Shown here: positions 13,581 through 25,934 of the stretch, in pieces | How the letters are laid out: each line of letters begins with the position of its first letter | Position numbering within the stretch: position 1 is the stretch's first letter | Source of the DNA: Haplodiscus bocki | Taxonomy: Eukaryota | Assembly: GCA_965655095.1 (NCBI GenBank) | Contig: OZ296649.1 | Coordinates: 61,256,001 to 61,320,000 of the forward strand | Direction of reading: 5' to 3' | Length of the DNA: 64,000 bases | The notes under the pieces: model-generated | What the model was told of the DNA's origin: nothing | The model's input: the letters and a program-made list of their open reading frames with translations, nothing else | The model's database searches: none | Made by a program: the position numbers and the translations under genes

Positions 13581-14341
13581 CACAATCAACGCCGACCTCC
13601 CTTAGTTATCACTACGGTTCCAAGCAGAGAATATCCCGCTAGCAGTTGACCTAGGACTAGCTGCCCGGTAGCAGAGTGTAATCACCGCACCGAGGCTCAT
13701 TTTTGTTACTTTTCCATTTTTCTAAAAATCTCTGTTTGTGATTTTTTCTCTTTTTTGCTAAGACTTAATTTTAATTTTTAATTGGTAAAAGTAAAACACA
13801 TATTATTCACGACCAGTTGACAGTCCTTATGACTTATGTCCTGGTCGCCGATAAAAGAGAATAAAATTCATTGCTGGTGTCCTGTGAGACCGGACTGTTA
13901 ATCGGCAGGTGACAAAAACCCAGCTTAAGGTTACGACCGGACTAGTGGAATATCCATACGGTGGTCATTTTTTATACTAAAATTAGTGTAAAATGCATGT
14001 AATGTAAAATGCATGTAATTTGAACCCCGTTTCCCTACAGTCTGGCCTATCCAACCTGGGACTAAAACAGGAGCTAGTTTTTTTGACCCGTCAGCCTAGT
14101 AATCTAGAGACAGACGTGGTAAAGCTAAATGTAAAACAAACTTTAAAATGACGGGCTAAAAAAGCCGACTAGATGAGACGGGACTTGTTCGTCACCCGCA
14201 TTAGTCAAAAAGTAAAATGGTGTATGTTTATCCTATTCGCTCTATTCACAGATTTCCAGTTTCAACAGCAGCTATTGTGGATGTGGATCGGCGTTAAATT
14301 TGATGTCTTAGAAGTTTGATTTATAATTTTAAAATTTATTG

Positions 14342-14588
14342 GGACTAAATTTGAATAGTCCAAGAGTCTAACTGCGATTTTTCTATTTATAAATCAAATT
14401 GGACTGAATTTAACGAGTCCAATTTCTATTCATGATTTTATAGTTTCTTAATTAAATTCAATCCAATAAATTAAACGGTTATATTTAATTTTATAATTTC
14501 AATTCAGACTAAACTGAAGTAGTCTGAATTGGTCGATGGCAATTTCATTTTATACTTTAATTTGGACTAAATTAAAGTGGTCTGAATT
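14342..14588 (+). repeat. Array of related stem-loops with conserved 8-nt loop
   Basis: GGACTA-AATTTGAA-TAGTCC (14342); AATTGGACTg-AATTTAAC-gAGTCCAATT (14397); AATTCAGACTA-AACTGAAG-TAGTCTGAATT (14501); AATTTGGACTA-AATTAAAG-TGGTCTGAATT (14559); a degenerate unit near 14455. Confidence 0.75.
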
Positions 14589-15713
14589 AGTTAATTACAT
14601 TTTCAATCCTAAAGTGAGTTTACTTTGATGTTAATCAAATTTCATAATATGTGTGGCATCCACTTTTTAACCCCTTTTTCAATCTTCTGACTTCTTGCTG
14701 CATAAATCGTTGCCCTTTCACTAAGTTCATGGGTTAAATTTAAATAAAAGTTGAAGACTGAGCTGCTAAAAATTCCCAAATTGTTATATTAAAGTTGATA
14801 AAAATTAAAAGAGAGGAAGTAGAATATATGTGATGTAACTGTATTTCGTAAAATTTTAGACCATGTGGTGATTTTCCCTGTGCTATCCGACGTTTAAAGC
14901 TGAGTAATTTCCCTTTACGTACGTGCAGTCATTTCCATTTCAGCAATATAACTTATTGAAATACTTTCGCTAATAATTTAACTTTTCTTTGTACCATCCT
15001 CCACTATAGCTCGAAAGTCCTTGCTTGAATTCACGCAATTTTTGTTCGCTGAGCCTGCAAGGCGACGGAATAGAGAGATAAGAGCTCTAGAGACTCGTTT
15101 TGGTTATTAACGAAATAATTGAAGTGCGATGGCATCTTCCTGAGTGGTGCCTGGTCACGCACCATTTTAAGCCAGAAAGAAATTAGAACCAAATAATATT
15201 ACCAATTTAAACCTCTATCTCTCCTTTTCTAACTACCATGCTCTGCGACTTATAACACAAAAAATCCACCACAAGTCTTTTTAGATTTACGGGCAGGACC
15301 GATTTTGGCCTTTCTCAGTTTGTTGCTTCAAAAGTTATTCGAGTTCAAGTTTTTGGGATATTTTTTGAGATATCTAGCGCCGCCAAAGAACAAAGTTAAT
15401 GCCCCCCGGTTAATTTATATCAGAACTGGTTGCAAAATTGGTATACTTTCAGAAAATAAATTGAGTTAAGCTTATATACTAATTAAGTAATTAGGTTAAT
15501 TAGGGAAATAATTTGGGCCGAATTTCAAAATTGGGTCCGAATTTGTCTATGGTCCGAATTTACGTAGAACCACTCTGGCAATATATTGAAAATAGAAAAT
15601 AAGGCACTCTCACTAAGAAGACATACTCCTCGTTGCTCACAAATCTCAAGGGAATGTCCCTGTGACTTTTCCTAAAGCTTCACCATAGCTCGTGAAATTC
15701 GGACTTTTTCCAG

Positions 15714-15914
15714 ATGAAAATTTGGCCAGATGATCAGCAGAGTTACGTTCAACTGCGACTGTGGACAGCCATTTGGACAGCTTTGATGTGCTTCCTCATT
15801 GCGATGTTGGACCTCAGCTTTCTCATCAAATACTTCACCAGGTTCATGGAAGACATTTTTGCCACCCTTGTTGCTGGTATATTTGTCTATGAAACGTTCC
15901 ACTGGTTGTTTCAG
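15714..15914 (+). CDS. SLC4 family transporter, exon (TM4-TM5)
   Basis: ttttccag acceptor, gtgagc donor, 67 codons; MKIWPDDQQSYVQLRLWTAIWTALMCFLIAMLDLSFLIKYFTRFMEDIFATLVAGIFVYETFHWLFQ matches AE1 YIVGRVWIGFW...[28 protein letters not shown]. Confidence 0.95.
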
Positions 15915-16079
15915 GTGAGCTTGTTGGTCCTAATTTCAACCAGTTCCGCCATATTTAAAAACAAATTGTTAAACTAAGGTTTTTTGTTACTAATGTGCTT
16001 ATTGTATTGAATACAATAAATATGCCAATTTCTAATGAAACTTCTCAAAATTTTATTACTTTCCGCCATATTTCAATAT

Positions 16080-16540
16080 CACTGGAAAATCATGCATTTA
16101 AAGCGTGCCTTTTTAACGTTTACTTGACAATCGCACGATTCCAGTAAAATAGCAAAAGTTGCAGGATTTTGAATTTGAAAATTTTTCATCACCAAAAAAA
16201 GCAACTTTACTGCGGAATGCAATTGAAATAGTAACATTTCTCGGAAGCAAAGTGGAGTTTTTTGAAAAAAAGTTGATTTTTTTTCGACAAAAATCGATTT
16301 TGCTAAAAAAAATGGGAAAAAATGGCAAACTTGCTGTAGAATTCGAATAGAATAGTAACACATCCTTAAACCTCTTTTTTTGGTCAAAAATTTGGGTTTT
16401 ATTGAAAAAAAAATTAAATGCAAAATTCGGTAAGTGTAAAATTTGCTGTTGAAAACATAAAAGTGTAACTTTTCTGAGAGTATTTTTTTTCTAAAAGCTT
16501 CAAAGTGGAAAATATCGCTGTGGTAGCCGGGGTCTTGTAT
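16080..16540 (+). repeat. Dispersed interspersed repeat (copy also at ~28505-29052; partial inverted copy ~11990-12350)
   Basis: Shared blocks ttgaatttg(a/g)aaatttttcatcaccaaa and 3' end aaaatat...gtggt(a/g)gc..g..gtcttgt. Possibly a non-autonomous Helitron/Helentron-type element (inference). Confidence 0.7.
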
Positions 16541-16603
16541 GAGTTATCTTCAAAATTATTCGTCACTATCCTTCAACCGATTCTGAAAAACTGTACGTTG
16601 CAG

Positions 16604-16703
16604 CTTCTTCAGACAACTCTCTGTACATTTGAGGATTGTTACATCTCAACGAGCTACAAAATTTTTTATCAAAACTGCACCCCAAGATCAAGCTCCAAAT
16701 CAA
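16604..16703 (+). CDS. SLC4 family transporter, exon (start of extracellular loop 3)
   Basis: ttgcag acceptor (in-frame alternative at 16613), gtgagt donor; 33 codons + 1 nt, LLQTTLCTFEDCYISTSYKIFYQNCTPRSSSKS. Supplies exactly the phase change needed between the 15714 and 29374 exons. Confidence 0.75.
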
Positions 16704-16815
16704 GTGAGTTGTAGAATGGGATCATTTTCAAATTCCCACTGTTCGTAGTTTTACGCATCATTATTCTCCACTCAAATTTATAAAATGGAGGGAAAATCAC
16801 CAGTGGTATGCAGAG

Positions 16816-17118
16816 CTCGATTTGAGATCACGCATCTTTGGGACCTAAATTATTCATACTTTTATCTCCATAGATTACGGACTTTCCGAAAAGCGTAACA
16901 AATTATTAAAAACTTTACATAAACCTTCCAAAACATTAAAATCTAACGAAATGTCAAAATATATATCTATACACTTTATACACATATACTAGTATAAGTA
17001 TAAGAATGTGTATGTAAAGTTTTTATTCAGTTTGTTAAGCTTTTTCACAACGCCCCCAACTTATGGAGAAAAAGTGTAAATAATTTAGGTCCCATGGATG
17101 CGTGATCTCAAATCGAAA
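16816..17118. mobile_element. Foldback MITE (~300 bp), Mutator-like
   Basis: Long imperfect inverted repeat (cgatttgagatcacgcatc..tgggacctaaattatt / aataatttaggtccca..gatgcgtgatctcaaatcg); 9-bp direct repeat TATGCAGAG at 16807-16815 and 17119-17127. Confidence 0.8.
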
Positions 17119-17416
17119 TATGCAGAGTACTAATTGATTATTTGTCTGAAGGCTTATATACACACACGCGCCTTATGACAAGGGTAAAATAGAACAAACT
17201 TTTTATAGCTCGAAAGGCTCTATAAAAGTGTATGTACCAAAATTACAATAGACCATTTTTCATTCAGTGAAAGACTGCATATACACACTTTGAACCTAAA
17301 ATGGTTGTTTATATTGCTACATTTATTCTTCATCCGATTTTGTCTCCTACAGCGTAGTAGTAATGTCACAGACAAAAGTTTTCTTAAAAAGATTTGAAGG
17401 ATTTTTGATATAGTAA

Positions 17417-20400
17417 ATGACAGCGACAGTTGAAACAGCTGTTGGTGAACATTTTACGATAATTGAAGCCAAATTAAATGTTAAATTTCGTAATATATGC
17501 AATAGGCATTTCCATAGAACTGCTCACTACAGAGATATAAAATCAAATACACACTTAGCTGCGCTATATAAAAGTTTTTTCAAAAAATATTCTCCATAAT
17601 GAACGAAGGAAGTGTCTAAAACAACTATGAATATGAAATAGTGTCCTCCTTTTGAAAAATACCTCCAAAAACAAATTTCCAAACTGCCTAAAATCTAAAA
17701 CCCATTGAATTATTACAGGTGTAAAAGTATTATGCTGAATCTGTAAAAAGTTATACAATTCGCAAAATAAAGAAGCTCATATTTAATCCAAAAAATTTTC
17801 TGAAAAGACAATCAACACGTTGTACTGTTTGTAAAAAAAGTTAAGGGATATAACCAAACACGATAACACAATAAAATGAAAAATGTATCCAAAAGAAAAG
17901 ACCCGTAGAGAGTTTTTGGAATATTTGTTTTATGTAAATAAACGGAAAGGAGTTTGAAAAACATGAGAAATTGAGAAAACATCGTAGGACTAAAAATAAA
18001 CATTAAAAATTCAAATAGCTAAAACAAATAATCAATTTACTCTTTCCCGTGATTGCCGAAAAGAAAATGAAACAGAAAAACTATCATTTTCAACTAAAAT
18101 TAATAGAACCTCTGATCAGATAGAAAATATTAGAATAGAAAGAAGATTCGTGGAAATTGATAAAAATCTATTAGTCAGACAAGTATGCACAAAGATTTCT
18201 ACTTTAGAAAAGCAAACTATTTTGAGATTTCAAGTTTCTTTTTATGCAGTCTTTGATGAAACCTTTATTGATTTTAATGAAAATGGTGATGTAAGAAGTA
18301 GTTATGAATACACCAATGACGCTTTCTATTTTTGAAATTGAAACAAAAAGTCGCACTAAAAAACCTACGTGAAGTAGATACAGAATCTGGATTCAATAAT
18401 CCAGTTGAAGACTTAGAATTACAAGGATATTGTCGGTTATGTCGTATTTTTGGGAAAACCATCGACCTTTATAAAAATGCGACGAAAAGTGGAAGTAGTT
18501 ACATTGAACTCTCGATAAAATGTTTATCTCTTTTAAACAAACAAAACAAAAACGATGATAAATGTGGGAATTTGTGTATAACTGCACATATACACCCAGC
18601 GAAAACAAATGCATGTAGGACAAAAATTTATCAAAAACTGTTTGAGACAATAATAACAACTGGTATATGTCTAGAAAGTGGAATATTTGTGAAAGATATT
18701 CACAAATGAGATAAAGTAAATAACTTAAAAAAGTGTTTTACAATTAGAATAAAATCGAACCTTTCCACCTGTATTTTGAACTTTACGTTCTTCAAGCATC
18801 AGGAAAAAATGAAAAGAAAGGAAAAGTAGATTTTTTACAAAATAAACTTAAATTGTTCAGTGAAAAATATACACATCTACATAGGTCCTACTCATTGCGA
18901 TAAATTATGTGGAAATTGTTGAACCACTTACTCAACTAATAACGAAATAAAAAGCTATGAAAACTTTGTTTCGAGCATAAACCAAGTTTTATGAATTTTT
19001 TAAGAGGAACTTCCTTTAGCTTCTGTAAAGATTTTTTCAAAATTCTTCTTCATTCCTGGGATCTGCAGATTTTGACGCAAAGATTGAAGAAAAACATAAA
19101 AAAAAGAACAACGGGAAAGAGTATTTATGAACAAGTCTGTTAGTGTTCATTTTTACACGACGACAGATACAGGGAATTATTGTTCTGTTGAGAGCTTTGG
19201 TAAAAAATGTGTGAAAGATTTTGTAGATTGAATACAATATTTAATTTTTTTTGTTCGACAACGTTTTTGAGAATATGGATAAAAAATCTATCGAAATATT
19301 AATCACCGAAGAAAGTGAAAGTGAAAGAAAAATAATGGAGGTTAAAATTTGTTGGTTTTGTGAGAGTCCATTTTATGAAGAAGAAGACACAATGAAAGAA
19401 AAAAGTAGAGATCTTTGCCATATGACACGAGAACATCGTGGAACTGCACATACTCATTGCCATTTAAATGTAAAACAGAGTTATTCTTAAATTATACCAA
19501 TTACGATTCCCATTCATTTTGAAAAGAACTAAAAAGTCGAAAAATTTCTTATGTAATTTGTAAAATTTTTCCGAAAACAATTGAACGATTTTTACCCACC
19601 ACTTATGGTCGCTGTAGAATCATTGATTTAATGAACTTCTTGGAAATGAGCTTTGATGCAATAGTTAAAGCATTAGCTATAGATACAAAATCACTTTAGG
19701 AAACTTTCATTCATACCAATCAAATACGTCGAGTTGAATAAAAATTTTTTCATAAAAAACTAGCTCATCCATAGGAAAAGTTTGAAAAAACTGAAGTACT
19801 ATAAAAAGCATTCACACAACTCAAGAGAGGAAACCTTCACAAAAATACTAGGAAAAATTTCAAGTGATGAAATATTAGGTAGACACAAATAAATTTACAA
19901 GAGATCAATAAAAATTGGTGAGATCTCAAAATCGCTTGTTTTGAGTCAGATACCGTTTTTTCAACAGACGCCTTGTCAAAATAAAAAAAGGATTCTATCA
20001 AAACGTATGATTTAGATCTTTTCTTTTCTGTTTCTGTATCTGGTTATACAGATGAATGTAATTTTGATGGAGTAAACAAAAGGTCGAATACATCCGTGCT
20101 AAAACTATTTGTCTCTTAGTTGAAAGTAGATTACGAAGAGGATAATCTGTTATGCATTGACTAAAGTTTTTTGAATCCGTTGGAGAAAAAGCACTTACAC
20201 ATGAAGATGTTGATATTTTTTTTGTAATAAAAATGTCACAACCCTTAGCATATGCATACATTGAATTTTTTAAAGTTACATCTTTGGCAACTATAATTGC
20301 AACACCAGATAAAATAGATGTTTGGTATATTGTACATTTAGATTTAAACTAGCCCGATGAAAAAAAAAACAAAACAGAAAAAGTCTTCCACGTTGTCCAG

Positions 20401-21430
20401 AATCTAAATAATTCGCGTATCACTTTTCACACACTTATTGAAAAATTTTTTGCCACGTTTTCACAAACTTGTGAAACGATTAACTTGTGATCAGACTCAA
20501 AAAAAAATTTTCTTTGTCTCCATTGGAACCAAAACTTTGGGTAAGAATGGATATGGAAGTACAGAAACAAAGAAAAGTAATTGGATAATAATGAAAAACA
20601 TGGATGAAAAACTATATAGACAAAAACGATAAGTTAAGGGCAAAAAGAGAATAAGAAGTTGGTAAATTTTTTTTTGAAAATGTGAATTGTAGTGAAAATG
20701 AAAAACAAATGGAACATGTAAGAAAAAGAAAACCAAGAGGAATTGTATGTAATCAAAAAAGAAGACCAATCTAAAGTTAGCTTCGATGGGTTCAAGAAAT
20801 ATTAGGCAAGCAGTGGTGATCTTTTTTTCATGAAAAAAATTAGAAAAAGAGCACTTGATGAATCAATATACCTAGCATTTATGATTTTAGAAGTATCAAA
20901 ACTTAATATGTATGAACTTTGTGAGGGTATATTACGACCGTCTTGTCGCCAAAACAACTGAAACTCACTCTATATGGACGCTGACTCTCTTATATACAGC
21001 CTAAACGAGGAAGAACCTTTGCTGACATGAAAGTTTTTAGAGGAAAATATTTTTTTGGTTTTTATATTTTAAAAGATTCTCCGGAATTTTTTTCTGAAGT
21101 TTGTGAGAATGTACTGGGTAAACTAGAAAAGGAAAATCCTCCAGAATTAGCACAAGTTGTTTTTGGTGCACAAAAGTCAAAAAGATATTCATACAAAACT
21201 AAAACCCAAAGAAAAAAAACTTGAACGAATAACTAAAGAAGCTGTTAGTAACATAAGAATTGATAAACTTTTTGACTGTCTATTTATTGTACTTATACAA
21301 CTCGAAGAGTCTTGAAACACTTATGTCAGTAGAAATCCTAAACATACGATGAAATTACCAGAAATGAAGAGCGAAAATTTTGAAAAGTCTCGAAGCCAAA
21401 AAAATATGAATGCGGATGAATTTGAACCTT
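17417..21430 (+). pseudogene. Protein-primed family B DNA polymerase (Polinton type), frameshifted
   Basis: GSSYIEL...NKNDDKC...AHIHPAK (18490-18610); CWFC...RDLCHMTREHRGTAHTHCHLN endonuclease VII-like motif (19350-19470); ILEVSKLNMYE and YMDADS (20885-20990); LGKLEKE...KSKRYSYK (21110-21200). Confidence 0.85.
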
Positions 21431-21459
21431 GAGGAATTAAAAAAATGTGGATTCAGTTT

Positions 21460-22260
21460 CCCTAATGAAATTGAAGCCAACACTCCAGAAAAGAAATTTG
21501 CCACCAGGTAACTGATGTATATTACAAAGATGATACCTGGTGTATGGATTTATTAGGCTTAAAGCATTCTCGTCCTTGAAAATATATTCATCTAGGTAAT
21601 AATTGATATTTTTGTAAATGTTGCATGGAGAGTTTAACTGAAAAAAGCCTCTCAAACAAGAAACGACTCATTCGAAAATTTCCATCCAATTTCAAACCGA
21701 AAGCCGAAGTGAATTGAAACAGATGATAGAAAGAATTTCCCAGCAAAATTTTCCTTGATGCCTAACGGAAACCATATTAGAAGATGTAGGCGCTATACAT
21801 CAAAAGGAGCAGTATCTGCTGAAAAATTGAAAAGATTTTTTGGAGAATTCCTTAAAAGCCTCTTTTTGAAAAATGTAATGCAAACTGGATAGATCAAATA
21901 AATTCAGTAAGAAAGCAAAATATTACTACAAAAGATTCTTCCACTAATATAACACCAATCCATGGATCTTCCGAAGAGGATGAAGTTCATGTACACACAA
22001 GTTTAATACACAAAAGAAAGAAAAAAAGCAAAAAAAAATGGAGATTTAGTTAGGGCTGCAGACAAGAAAAACTTTTTCAAATAGTGACGCCACAAATTTG
22101 AGTCATAAGATGTATGCTCTTACAGAAACTAAACATGATACCTTACCATTTTACCATATCAAAAGTTTACATGAACTACACAACGAAGTCTTTTCCAAAA
22201 AAAACCGAAATAACAATGAAAGAAAATGAGAATGTTTCCAATTGCTTAGTAATATATTGA
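21460..22260 (+). pseudogene. Retroviral-like (rve) integrase of Polinton 1
   Basis: Fragments WCMDL, VIIDIF, AWRV, RKPK*IETDDRKNF, and C-terminal GDLVRAADKKNFF...ATNLSHKMYALTE. Confidence 0.75.
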
Positions 22261-22261
22261 A

Positions 22262-23678
22262 TCGAAACTTCTTTGTCCATGACATTGATATTATTTTGTT
22301 AGTTAGTATTAAAGCGCAACAAATTTTACCAGCTGGAATGTTACGTCCAGCTGGAGTATGAAATCCAAATCCTTTCTTAAAGTTTTAAAGACTAGAAAAA
22401 AGTTTCTGATGACGTATATCAAATACATATAAAGTAAATGTTTCGTCTCTTCTCAAATGATGTGGGGATATATACGGTTGAAGGTGTCTTCTTTTGATAA
22501 GTGACTAAAACATGAAACAAGCTCACCATAAGTTTGAGTTTATTTAGTTTTAGTATAATCCGTACTTGTGCTTGTTTCAGGGTACCTTTCAGTCTCAATT
22601 ATACATTGTGCAATGATAACATGAGGTCTATTGAATACATCATTACACTGAGCTGCAGCATCTAATCTAGTTCTACTTTGGAACCCTACTACAAAATATA
22701 TTGGTACATCAAAACCGCTTCTTACTCTTAAATCAAAAAACTTAAAATTTCATGCAACCAAATCCTTTGCAGCATCAGAACTTGCGATGTATGATGATTC
22801 TGTCGGAGATCTAGAAAAACTATGTTCTTTTAAGAATGTGTAGTGAGGAGTTTTAGGAGTATAACGCGTACATAGCAACTAATATCACGTATGGATGGAT
22901 GTTTTTGCACTATTCTCTTTTCCCACCAGTGGGCGCATAAGTATATTTCTATCGTTTAACTTTTTCATTTTTAATTTATAGCCCAGCCCGTAAGCAACAT
23001 GTTTTTGATGTTCTGCGAACCCAAATACATCTTGTGAACAAATCCTCACATAACACTTTCTCCTGGTATTTTTGTTTAAACAATCACGAAATTCACTTAA
23101 TGTTTCAGCATATCATGATAAGAACCAACAGAAAAATCATTTCCACTTTTTTCCGCTTGTTATGAATAAATACAGTAAACAATTTTTAGAAGCTCTAATA
23201 ATAGTTTCTAATTCTTCTCCACTAATAGTGGTTTTTTTAAATTGACTAAATTTAGCATTTGGGCCTAAATAGAACCAAAAAAATTTATTGCGCATCTCCA
23301 TATCCATCCCCAGTGCTTTTTGAAAAATCAAAACCTATTGCTGAAAAACTATCGTTTAAAGATATCACTGAATTTTTCCTTGGTATATCAGAACAAATTT
23401 CAGATTAACATTCAATTTTAATAGCTGAAGAGAGTGGAGTGTAATGAATACAATCACGTTGAAGAATCCGTTTTTTTCTTTCAAGTTTTTTATTTGAAAA
23501 AAACACTATCATTTGTTTTAGGTTGGAAATTTCTAAAAATTTTTTGTTTTGGGTGAAAATATTTTATTTCTATTTTAATATCTCATCAATTTTAACATCA
23601 TTTTCGTCATCGAACCTAATAAAATCATCTCCACTCTGATTTTCGGAAAATTGAATGTAATCTATCACATTTGCCATC
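22262..23678 (-). pseudogene. Major capsid protein-like gene of Polinton 1
   Basis: Minus-strand fragments FDLRVRSGFDVPIYFVVGFQSRTRLD...NDVFNRPHVIIAQCIIETERYPE, LQPYISP, LYVFDIRHQK and IPAGKICCALILTNKIISM, recalled as typical of adintovirus double-jelly-roll capsid C-termini. Confidence 0.65.
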
Positions 23679-23729
23679 TGGATTTTCTGGAAGATTGCTA
23701 AATTTTCATATCACAACTATAATAATAAT

Positions 23730-24430
23730 AATAATAAACATCATGAATTTCATCTTTACTCTCCGGGTCATCAAATTTTTCTCGTTCTCGGCTAAAAAGA
23801 TAGACGTTTTGTTTTTTAAATAAAACATACCAGTTTTATCTCCAGTACTTCCCTTTTGAAGAAAGAGATTCAAACCTTTTTCAAAAGAAAGACAATATAA
23901 AATTTCACTGTCTGTAGAACTTTTACTTTAAATATCACATCAGTCATCGTACCTAAGAGATCGACTCTGAAGTCATTTTTTTTCAGTTTCACTTTATGGA
24001 GATTTCTAAGGATAATTTTTTGTCTCTCAATTTTAACAACGACGACGTTTCAAAAGTAAGGATTTTTTTTCACCTGATGCACTAGAATAAGTAACGATTT
24101 TCAATGCAAATTGGGCTTTACTGAAGGAAGATTTTTTTCTACCTCTTTTATCTCTCAAATCATCTTTTATTGAATCTTTAGGATAATTTGATTTATAACC
24201 TGTCAATGATTTATCGAAAGCTTTTTTTGTATTTGCTACAGGTTTAGTGATTCCCCGAAAATTATTTTTAATTTCTCCAACTGTTTCAGTTGTGGTCTTG
24301 GTTTGCTACGGTAATTCATCACTTGTATCTGTAACAACTTTTGCAATCGGCTCGAAGGGTTCTATCACAACGTAAAGAAAATCTCGTTCACGTTACTTTT
24401 CTGGTAAATGAACTCGTTGTACTTTAGATT
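23730..24430 (-). pseudogene. Conserved hypothetical gene of Polinton 1
   Basis: Protein-like fragment IEPFEPIAKVVTDTSDELP*QTKTTTETVGEIK between capsid and ATPase; broken frame. Confidence 0.4.
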
Positions 24431-24529
24431 CTAGTTCTCTTAATCTTTTCAAAGCTTCTATCTGTTATTTTTTTCTGATTATGATTTTCTTCACGCCCTC
24501 CACCCAGAAAGATCAAGTTTCTGTTGTAC

Positions 24530-25085
24530 ATTGTAAACTTTTTCCTGGATTTCTTCGTTACAAATATGCATTGTATCTCAAACTTCCTTTTAGATCTATC
24601 AATAAAAAGATAAATGAATCCTTCAACTTCCCATGCTCCTCTCCACAGATCCTTAAAGTCAGCACAACTCATGTCAAATTCATCATTATCTCCGTAATTT
24701 TCTTCCACAACATCTGTTCAAATTAAATATTGTGGTACTATTGATTTATATTGTTTTTTTGTTCAATCAGAATAGGATTAGAACAATTTTTGTACATATA
24801 AATTTTTATGTTGTTCCCATGTATAAAAGGTAAAATGTTTTTTGTTTGAAATCTAACATATCTTCAATAACTACAAAACCACATTCATGTTCACCTATTT
24901 CTCCTTTTTCAGGTTCGGTAAGAAATTCATCGTTGTATTTTCCAAGAGAGCTGAACATAGCAAAAAAATTAATTGAAACGTTGCCTCCGCCAACTATCCG
25001 CGAAGCGGACACATTTTTCAAATTTTTCAAAAAAGAATAGATTTTACCAGAAAACCAAAGGACTCCAAAAAAGTTCTAGTATTTT
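24530..25085 (-). pseudogene. A32/FtsK-like genome packaging ATPase of Polinton 1
   Basis: Eroded Walker A (FSGKIY, ~25040-25057), Walker B (FVVIEDML) and C-terminal DMSCADFKDLWRGAWE...YLFIDRSK. Confidence 0.7.
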
Positions 25086-25499
25086 TAATTTCATCCCTTT
25101 CACAGTTACGCTTTGGTAACCAGTTTTCACTTTAAAAAGTTCCGCAAAACTAGCATTGGATTTTACTATTTACACAATCTTTAAATCCTTTTTTCCTAAT
25201 TTAAATTTCGTAATCATCTAAGTTTTCATTACAACATTTTCTATTTAGAAATGCCCGATTAATTAGTAGGATAAATAGAGTTCTCGGAAAACTTCTCGGA
25301 AAAAGTTCTCGAAAACTCTTCGGAAGGTCTTCGAATCCTGTGTTTATGGTCGCTGACATGTTTGATCTACTGCTATTGAAAAAATTTATGTTATAGTTTT
25401 CGTTGCAGAAAAGAATCATTCTCTTTTTCAAAAAGTCTTTCGTGTAAAAATTTACATACAGATTCATGCTGTTTTCTATCAATTACTTTATCATATTAA

Positions 25500-25932
25500 C
25501 ATTTTTTTATAATACATCAAAAAAAAATTTATCTGTTGTGCTCCCTTATGGTTTTTTATGTTTCTTATACTTCTTTATACCTATTCCATGCTTATTCCAA
25601 AACTTTATGACTTAATGTTAGTCCACAAGCAACACCGGTGGAAGTTGGTATCCTCAGCAAACCAAAACCAGTAACAGATGAGGTTTCAGAAGTGCAACTT
25701 TTAGCAAGAAAAACAAAAGCATCAAATGTTTTTAATATAATAGATAAAATTTTAACTTTTTTATACTTGTTCTCGATTTATGATTTTCATCTATGAAGTA
25801 GATAATCGTATCCTTGAGACGTTTAAGAAAATTTTTGAGACTGAAAATGTCTTTTATAATTTCTTCTAATCTTTCCTCATCATTATTAATTGGTTTTAGT
25901 GGTGCAGATGCATATAACTTTGTAGTGCTCAT
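25500..25932 (-). pseudogene. Hypothetical coiled-coil plus hydrophobic-segment gene of Polinton 1
   Basis: MSTTKLYASAPL...ERLEEIIKDIFS...IIYFIDENHKS followed, after a frameshift, by hydrophobic SVTGFGLLRIPTSTGVACGL. Confidence 0.5.
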
Positions 25933-25934
25933 TT

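Larger units (their letters stand above)
12526..15257 (+). mobile_element. Putative long solo LTR (~2.7 kb) related to the LTR of the Gypsy element at 48.6 kb
   Basis: TG...CA ends (TGATAT...ATAACA). Shares blocks with 48.6-50.9 kb: ttctaagaca...tgtcttagcc (12985 vs 49027), tcctattggctc, and gcctgcaaggc (15053 vs 50716). Boundaries approximate. Confidence 0.55.
11703..15571. mobile_element. Non-autonomous Mutator-like DNA transposon carrying nested insertions
   Basis: Perfect 9-bp TSD ACTCTGGCA at 11694-11702 and 15572-15580; imperfect TIRs with subterminal AATTCGGACC repeats on the left and GGTCCGAATT repeats on the right. Confidence 0.8.

Noticed and set aside
13113-13649. 178-aa Gln/Ser/Ala-rich ORF
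   Set aside because: Open only because of the CAG repeat; non-ATG start.
14342-14588. CRISPR-like repeat-spacer appearance
   Set aside because: Eukaryotic intron, degenerate repeats, no cas genes; reported as a hairpin array instead.
7130-15263. Possible 6-bp TSDs at both solo LTRs (gacgac/ggcggc; cagata/caaaaa)
   Set aside because: Only 4 of 6 match in each case; not distinguishable from chance.
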